From NCBI GenBank assembly GCA_965112635.1, contig OZ218778.1:992001-1056000 (forward strand): a DNA stretch of 64,000 nucleotides, written 5' to 3'. Position 1 is the stretch's first letter; every line of letters starts with the position of its first letter. Both the position numbers and the translations under genes were made by a program. The notes under the pieces are model-generated. The model saw only the letters and a program-made list of their open reading frames with translations. It made no database searches and had not been told where the DNA came from. This document shows, piece after piece, positions 58,472-64,000 of this stretch. The stretch is from an uncultured bacterium. Lineage in GTDB: Bacteria > Oederibacteriota > Oederibacteriia > Oederibacteriales > Oederibacteriaceae.

Positions 58472-59950
58472 ATGAGTTATAAACCATTAGCCAATATCCC
58501 CAAACACACTATTAAACAAAGCCTGCACTACATGAATTTGTCCGGAGTGCAGGCGTCTATTTTTGGGACTCTGACCACCGGAGTGTTTTTGACCGGGTTT
58601 GCCCTGCATATCGGCGCCGGGACATGGGCCATCGGGCTTTTGAACTCTTTGCCTATCTTTACCAACCTTTGGATGCCCTTGACCGCTTTTTTTCTGGCCA
58701 TGGGGTTTTCCCGCAAAAATCTCAAGATCGGTTTTTTCGGCCTGGCCGCTTATTGCTGGCTGCCGGTGATGATCATCCCATTCCTAGCCGTGCGGACAGA
58801 CCTCAAGGTCACCCTGCTCCTAGGCTGCGCGGGACTGTCCGCGGTGTTTTGCGGGTTGCAGGCCAGCCCCTGGTATTCCTGGATGCGGGACCTGGTGCCG
58901 GCAGAGGTCAGGGGCAGGTATTTCGCGGCCCGCAATATCCTGGTCAATGCGGGGATCATGCTCTGCGGGTGGCTGGGCGGATATTTCCTGGACCTTTTTG
59001 ACAAGCAGAGCTTGACCGGATTTATTATCCTGTTCGGAGCCGCCATCGTATTCGCCATTTTTTCCAATCTTTTCGCCAGGAAGGCCGTGGCCCCTCCGCG
59101 GCCAAAAGTGCACTATGACGCCCAGGAGCTGTCCAAATTCCTCAAGCCGCTGTTCAATAAGAATTTCATGGTCTTCACCCTGTTCACCATGAGTTTTAAC
59201 GTGGCGGTCAATATCATGGGCCCTTTCTTGATCCTCTACTGCCTGCAGAGCCTGCAGATGTCCTATTTCAAAGTTTCTTTCTGTTTTAACGTTATTGGCA
59301 CCATTGCCGCCATCTTTTCTTTTTTATACTGGGGCAAGGCCTGCGACCGTTTCGGCCACCGTCCGGTCGCCTTTATGAGCGGGGCCGGCATCACCCTCTC
59401 CACCCTGGCCTGGATCTTTGTCCTGCCCGGCCACACCAACCTGGTCCCTTTAATAAACATCATTGGGGGCGCCTCCTGGGCGGGGTTTGGCCTGGCCATG
59501 GGGAACTGGATATTCAAGATAGCTCCGGAAGGCGAGGACGAATATTATTATGCCTTTTACTTTTTGACCACCAGCCTGGTGACCCTGGCGGGGCCCTGGC
59601 TGGGCGCCACCTTTCTTACTCTCACGGAAGGTTTCCGTGCCTCCTTCGGGTTTGTCCAGCTGGATGCTTTTAAGGTCCTCTGCCTCATCTCTTTTGTCCT
59701 GCGCTGGGGCAGCCTGGCCATTTTGTTCTGGGTGGCAGAACCGGCCACGGCGAGCGTGGGGCAGGTCCTGCGGATTTTGGGACAAGTCCTGCCCAGCTAT
59801 CTGCCCAACACCCTGCTCCATCCCCTGGATAATTTGATCTATCCCCTGTGGCAGCCGTCCAAGTCAGGGGACTGGAAAACCTATTTTGACGAGCCCGCGG
59901 ACACTAAAAGCTCCGACGGGCAGTCTTTCCAAAACCCCCCGGAGTTGTGA
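58472..59950 (+). CDS. MFS transporter
   Basis: ~12 TM segments, W..W..DLVP...RGRYF and WGK..DRFG.R. Confidence 0.85.
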   Translation: MSYKPLANIPKHTIKQSLHYMNLSGVQASIFGTLTTGVFLTGFALHIGAGTWAIGLLNSLPIFTNLWMPLTAFFLAMGFSRKNLKIGFFGLAAYCWLPVMIIPFLAVRTDLKVTLLLGCAGLSAVFCGLQASPWYSWMRDLVPAEVRGRYFAARNILVNAGIMLCGWLGGYFLDLFDKQSLTGFIILFGAAIVFAIFSNLFARKAVAPPRPKVHYDAQELSKFLKPLFNKNFMVFTLFTMSFNVAVNIMGPFLILYCLQSLQMSYFKVSFCFNVIGTIAAIFSFLYWGKACDRFGHRPVAFMSGAGITLSTLAWIFVLPGHTNLVPLINIIGGASWAGFGLAMGNWIFKIAPEGEDEYYYAFYFLTTSLVTLAGPWLGATFLTLTEGFRASFGFVQLDAFKVLCLISFVLRWGSLAILFWVAEPATASVGQVLRILGQVLPSYLPNTLLHPLDNLIYPLWQPSKSGDWKTYFDEPADTKSSDGQSFQNPPEL

Positions 59951-59990
59951 TATATTGATACGGAATCATTTGATTTAAGGAGAGCGAAAA

Positions 59991-60470
59991 GTGGCTGAAA
60001 ACATTGTGCTGACACAAGAAGGTTACGACACCCTGATCAAAGAACTGGACCACCTGAAAAAGGTGAAAAGACCCGAAATATCCAAGGCCATCGGCGCGGC
60101 CAGGGAGCTGGGGGACCTGCGGGAGAACGGCGAATACGAGAGCGCCCGTCACGCCCAGGCCCTGCTGGAAGACCGCATCAAAGAGCTGGAGGACAAGCTC
60201 TCGCGGGTCAAGATCCTGCAAAAACACCTGATGCCGGAGGGAAAGGTCTGCCTGGGCACTAGCGTGACCGTCCGGAATACGGAGAGCGGGGAACAGACCT
60301 GCTACACCCTGGTAGGACAGGACGAGGCAAACCTGGAAAAGTTAAAGATATCCATCACCTCGCCCATCGCCAAGGCCCTGCTCGGCAAAGAGGCCGGCAA
60401 CGAGGTGGAAGCCAGGGTGCCGGCTGGAATAAAAAAGTTCAAGATCATCAGCATCAAATCCTCGATCTAA
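59991..60470 (+). CDS. greA: Transcription elongation factor GreA
   Basis: LT.EG, ARE.GDL.EN.EY and IS..SPIAKALLG. Confidence 0.95.
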   Translation: MAENIVLTQEGYDTLIKELDHLKKVKRPEISKAIGAARELGDLRENGEYESARHAQALLEDRIKELEDKLSRVKILQKHLMPEGKVCLGTSVTVRNTESGEQTCYTLVGQDEANLEKLKISITSPIAKALLGKEAGNEVEARVPAGIKKFKIISIKSSI

Positions 60471-60502
60471 GAGAACAAATTTTATTAAGAAAGGATCTAC
60501 CT

Positions 60503-62479
60503 ATGCCAAGCGAGACCATGAAACATAAAGACCCGAAACTGCTGGCGGCCAAAGCCGCGAGGCTGGGGAGCTACGCCATCCGGATGACCACGCTGGCGGG
60601 TTCGGGACATCCCAGCAGCGGGCTTTCCCTGACCCATATCGCCACCACCCTGCTCTACGACCAGATGCGCTGGGACCCCAAAGACCCCTGGCATCCGAAC
60701 GCGGACAGGCTGGTCCTGTCCGAGGGCCACGCCGTGCCCATCGTTTACGCGGCATTGGCCGACCTCGGCGCGGCTTACGGCAAGAGCAGCCAGGACGCCA
60801 AGACCCTGAGCGTGGCGGACCTGGACAAGCTGAGGACCAAGGACAGCATCCTGGACGGACATCCCAATCCCATGCTCGGTTTCCCGTTCTTTGACGCGGC
60901 CACCGGTTCCCTGGGACAGGGGCTTTCCGTGGCCGCGGGGCTGGCCGGCGCCGCGAGGCTGGACAACATCCCGAAGAACATCTATGTCCTGATCGGCGAC
61001 GGCGAGTCGCGCGAAGGCCAGGTGTGGGAGGCCATGGATTTCGTGGTGGACCACAAGCTGGAAAATGTCCACGCCCTTTTTAACTGCAACGGGCAGGGGC
61101 AGACCGGAGCGGTGAGCGACCAGCAGACCGCGGAGATGCTGGCCAAAAAGGCCGCGGCTTTCGGATGGCTGACCCTCATCGTGGACGGCCATGACATCCC
61201 CAGCCTGCAAAAAGCCCTGGACCAAAAAGGCGCGCCGGGACAGCCCGTGGCCCTCATCTGCAAGACCGTCAAAGGCTGGGGGACCAAGGCCCTGCAGGCC
61301 AAAGGCAACCACGGTAAGCCGCTGACCAAGGCCGAGATGGACCAGGGTATGGCCGACCTTCTGGCCGAGGAAAAAAAGACCGGCCAGGACGGGGGAGCGA
61401 GCCTTGCCCCGGAAAAACCGGCTAGCCGGGCCGCCAAACAGGTCTTTGTGATGAAAAGCAGCCTGCCGGAACCAGATTTTGAAAAGCTTTTGGAAGGTGA
61501 CTCGTTCCTGGAGAGCTTTAAATCAAAGAAAAAACTGGGCACGCGCCGCGCTTACGGCATCGCCCTCAGGGAACTGGTCAAGCTGCATCCCCAGGTGGTG
61601 GCTTTGGACGGCGACGTGAGCAACTCCACTTTTTCCGAGACCGTCAAAAAGGTCGCGCCGGAACGGTTCTTTGAATGCCGCATCGCCGAGCAGAATATGG
61701 TGTCCGCGGCCGGAGGGTTCGCGGCCTCGGGCAAAGTCCCGTTCGCCAGCACCTTCAGCAAGTTCTTTTCCCGGGCCATGGACCAGATCGAGCTGTGTTT
61801 CATCTCCGGACACAACATCAAGATGGCGGGTTCCCATGCCGGTATTTCCATCGGCGCGGACGGGCCGTCCCAGATGTCGGTCACGGACATGGCGTTTTTC
61901 CGCTCTTTCCCCAACGACCCCAAAGTCTCCCTTCCCCGGCAGACCATGACGGTGCTCAACCCGGCTGACGCGGTCTGTGCCTACAAACTGGTGGAGTGGA
62001 TGGCCAAACACGAGGGCCTGGTGTTCCTGCGGACCATGCGGGCAGACCTGGCTTTGCTGTACAAAAAAGAAGAGAATTTCGAAGTGCCCGGGGCCAAACT
62101 GCTGGCTGAAGGCAAGGACCTTTTGATCTGCGCCACGGGCTACATGGTGCACAACGCCCTGGGCCTGGCGTCCAAACTGGCCGAAAAGGAGATAAAAGCA
62201 GGGGTCATGGACTGCTATTCCCTGCCTGCCCCGAACAGCCTCATCCTTGATGCCGCCAAGAAACACAACGGCCGCATCCTCACCCTGGAAGACAATTACA
62301 AGGGCGGGCTGGGCAGCGAGCTTTCCGAAGCCGTGGCTTTTAACGGCCAGGCCAAAGTCCTGAGCCTTTGCGTCCAAAAAGTGGCCAAATCGGCCCAGAC
62401 CGCGGAAGAGGTCTTTGATTACGCGGGGCTGACCCAGGAGGCCATGGTGCAGGCGGCCCAAAGCCTGTGCCGGAACTGA
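60503..62479 (+). CDS. tkt: Transketolase (single chain)
   Basis: SGHP, DRLVLS.GHA, TGSLGQG, GDGE..EG, IAEQNM and G.DGPSQM. Confidence 0.93.
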   Translation: MPSETMKHKDPKLLAAKAARLGSYAIRMTTLAGSGHPSSGLSLTHIATTLLYDQMRWDPKDPWHPNADRLVLSEGHAVPIVYAALADLGAAYGKSSQDAKTLSVADLDKLRTKDSILDGHPNPMLGFPFFDAATGSLGQGLSVAAGLAGAARLDNIPKNIYVLIGDGESREGQVWEAMDFVVDHKLENVHALFNCNGQGQTGAVSDQQTAEMLAKKAAAFGWLTLIVDGHDIPSLQKALDQKGAPGQPVALICKTVKGWGTKALQAKGNHGKPLTKAEMDQGMADLLAEEKKTGQDGGASLAPEKPASRAAKQVFVMKSSLPEPDFEKLLEGDSFLESFKSKKKLGTRRAYGIALRELVKLHPQVVALDGDVSNSTFSETVKKVAPERFFECRIAEQNMVSAAGGFAASGKVPFASTFSKFFSRAMDQIELCFISGHNIKMAGSHAGISIGADGPSQMSVTDMAFFRSFPNDPKVSLPRQTMTVLNPADAVCAYKLVEWMAKHEGLVFLRTMRADLALLYKKEENFEVPGAKLLAEGKDLLICATGYMVHNALGLASKLAEKEIKAGVMDCYSLPAPNSLILDAAKKHNGRILTLEDNYKGGLGSELSEAVAFNGQAKVLSLCVQKVAKSAQTAEEVFDYAGLTQEAMVQAAQSLCRN

Positions 62480-62485
62480 GCCGGG

Positions 62486-63154
62486 ATGGCGGGAGACATT
62501 GACCTTTTGATCTTCGACCTGGACGGGACCCTGGTGGACAGCCGGGCGGACCTGGCCGGGTCGGCCAACTTTATGCGCAAAAAATTCCATCTCCCTCCTT
62601 TGTCCATCGACCAGGTCTCCCCGCACATCGGCGGGGGAGTGGTGCACCTGGTCGCGGGCTGCCTGGGCCGCGATGAAAAAGATCCGGAGGTCCCCAAAGC
62701 GCTGGAAATCTTCAAAGAGCACTACGAAAAACATTGCGCGGACGAGAGCCGGTTGTATCCCGGAGTCAGGGAGACTCTCCAGGAGTTCAAGAACAAAGGC
62801 AAAAAACTTTGCGTGGCCTCCAACAAGATCACGGAGCTTTCCGAAAAGATCCTGGCCAAGCTGGGTGTGCTGGAGCTTTTTGACGTTGTGGCGGGCGGCG
62901 ACGGAAACCTCAAAAGGAAACCCGACCCGGAAACTTTGGAGGTCTCCTTTGAAAAGCTGGGTATCCCGGCTTCCCGCGCGGCTATGATCGGCGACAGCCG
63001 GCTGGACGTCCTGGCAGGCCGCAACGCGGGCGTCGCGATGGTGGTCGGGGTCACTTACGGCATCGGGGATCTGGATGAATTGAAAGAGAGCGGGCCGGAT
63101 CGCCTGGTGGGAAGATTCGGCGACCTGAAAAAACTTTTTTTGAGCGTTCCTTGA
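62486..63154 (+). CDS. gph: HAD phosphatase, phosphoglycolate phosphatase-like
   Basis: FDLDGTLVDS, SNK, KPDP and MIGDS..D. Confidence 0.82.
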   Translation: MAGDIDLLIFDLDGTLVDSRADLAGSANFMRKKFHLPPLSIDQVSPHIGGGVVHLVAGCLGRDEKDPEVPKALEIFKEHYEKHCADESRLYPGVRETLQEFKNKGKKLCVASNKITELSEKILAKLGVLELFDVVAGGDGNLKRKPDPETLEVSFEKLGIPASRAAMIGDSRLDVLAGRNAGVAMVVGVTYGIGDLDELKESGPDRLVGRFGDLKKLFLSVP

Positions 63155-63263
63155 AATTTTTTCAGAAATTTCCTGTCCCCAATTTGACAAAGCACCGGCA
63201 CGAATCTATAATCACCTTAAATATGTTTCGTCCTCCTACCCAATCCCTGACGAAGGGAGATTA

Positions 63264-64000
63264 ATGGAACACAAAGGGCCGTTCGAACTGGAAGTGAACC
63301 AGCCCGAAGAGAAGTTCAATTTAGCCCGAGCCGCCCTGCTCGTCGCCAGGGAAGAGTATCCCCGTCTCAACGTCGACGCCTGCCTGCAGGAGATCAAGAA
63401 CCACGCCCAGACCATCCGAACCCGCCTCAAGAAAAATTCCAGGAGCATCAAGTACATCCTCAAGGAGGCGCACGATTACCTGTTCCGGGAGCTGGGATTC
63501 AAGGGCACGCTCAAGAATTTTTACGATCCCCGCAACAGCTTTTTGAACGACGTCCTTGACCGGCGCACGGGAGCCCCCATCACCCTGTCCATCCTCTATA
63601 TGGAGGTCATGAAGGAACTTTCGCTGCAGACCGTGGGCGTGGTTTTTCCCGGGCACTTCTTGGTCAAGATCAAAACACCGGAGCTGCAGCTCATCGTGGA
63701 CCCGTTCCACCGGGGAGCGCTCCTGTCGTGGGAAGACCTGCAGGTCCTGCTCCAGCACACCACGGGCAAGCCCGCCTTTTATCACCAGGAGTACCTCAAG
63801 GAGGCCGGCAAGAAACAGGTCCTCTACCGGCTGCTCAGCAGCCTGCGGGCGGTCTACCTGATGAAGGACGAGTTCGTGAAATCGGTCAAGGTGATGAAGA
63901 TGATGTTCGCCCTGGCCCCTTCCACGGCCTCGATCTACGGTGGGAACCGGGTGGCGGATTACCTGATCGATGAGCACGAGAAGATGCTCGACGATTTCGT
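63264..64000 (+). CDS. SirB1/transglutaminase-like protein (3' truncated by the window edge)
   Basis: GGAG RBS; LAR.AL..A.EEYP, GF.G....FYDPRNSFLNDVLDRR.G.PITLS..Y.EV, FPGHFLV and VDPF..G. Confidence 0.85.
   Translation, partial: MEHKGPFELEVNQPEEKFNLARAALLVAREEYPRLNVDACLQEIKNHAQTIRTRLKKNSRSIKYILKEAHDYLFRELGFKGTLKNFYDPRNSFLNDVLDRRTGAPITLSILYMEVMKELSLQTVGVVFPGHFLVKIKTPELQLIVDPFHRGALLSWEDLQVLLQHTTGKPAFYHQEYLKEAGKKQVLYRLLSSLRAVYLMKDEFVKSVKVMKMMFALAPSTASIYGGNRVADYLIDEHEKMLDDF

Noticed and set aside
61523-63190. 555-aa antisense ORF (and similar ones opposite rlmD, ftsEX, amt, sirB1)
   Set aside because: Codon-bias shadows of well-recognised genes.

Overview
Bacterial window from a probably diderm organism: it has outer-membrane beta-barrels and a Thr-rich surface protein with a YPNP...KIYT...LANGLY C-terminal domain reminiscent of the FCPU426/Goldbacteria/Firestonebacteria lineages (taxonomy is inference). 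The left ~26.8 kb is mostly AT-rich accessory DNA. It holds three STAS (anti-anti-sigma) paralogues, small secreted/envelope genes, an ABC exporter, a GT-C glycosyltransferase, two apparently identical IS256 copies (each with its own 8-bp target duplication, each disrupting a gene), and a wHTH / primase-helicase / excisionase-like / tyrosine-integrase module that ends 11 bp upstream of the 5' end of a tRNA-Pro(TGG). The right ~37 kb is GC-richer core chromosome: radical SAM, GH51, GH36, deoC, nadA, rlmD, amt-glnK-amt, csaB, ftsEX-envC, glpD, greA, tkt, gph. The strongest non-coding signals are duplicated ANTAR-type dual-hairpin/terminator leaders before both amt genes, an unrecognised riboswitch-like leader at 18.3-18.5 kb, a 10-bp-period (G/A)(A/G)TACA repeat box at three envelope loci, and a C15 tract inside one STAS paralogue.
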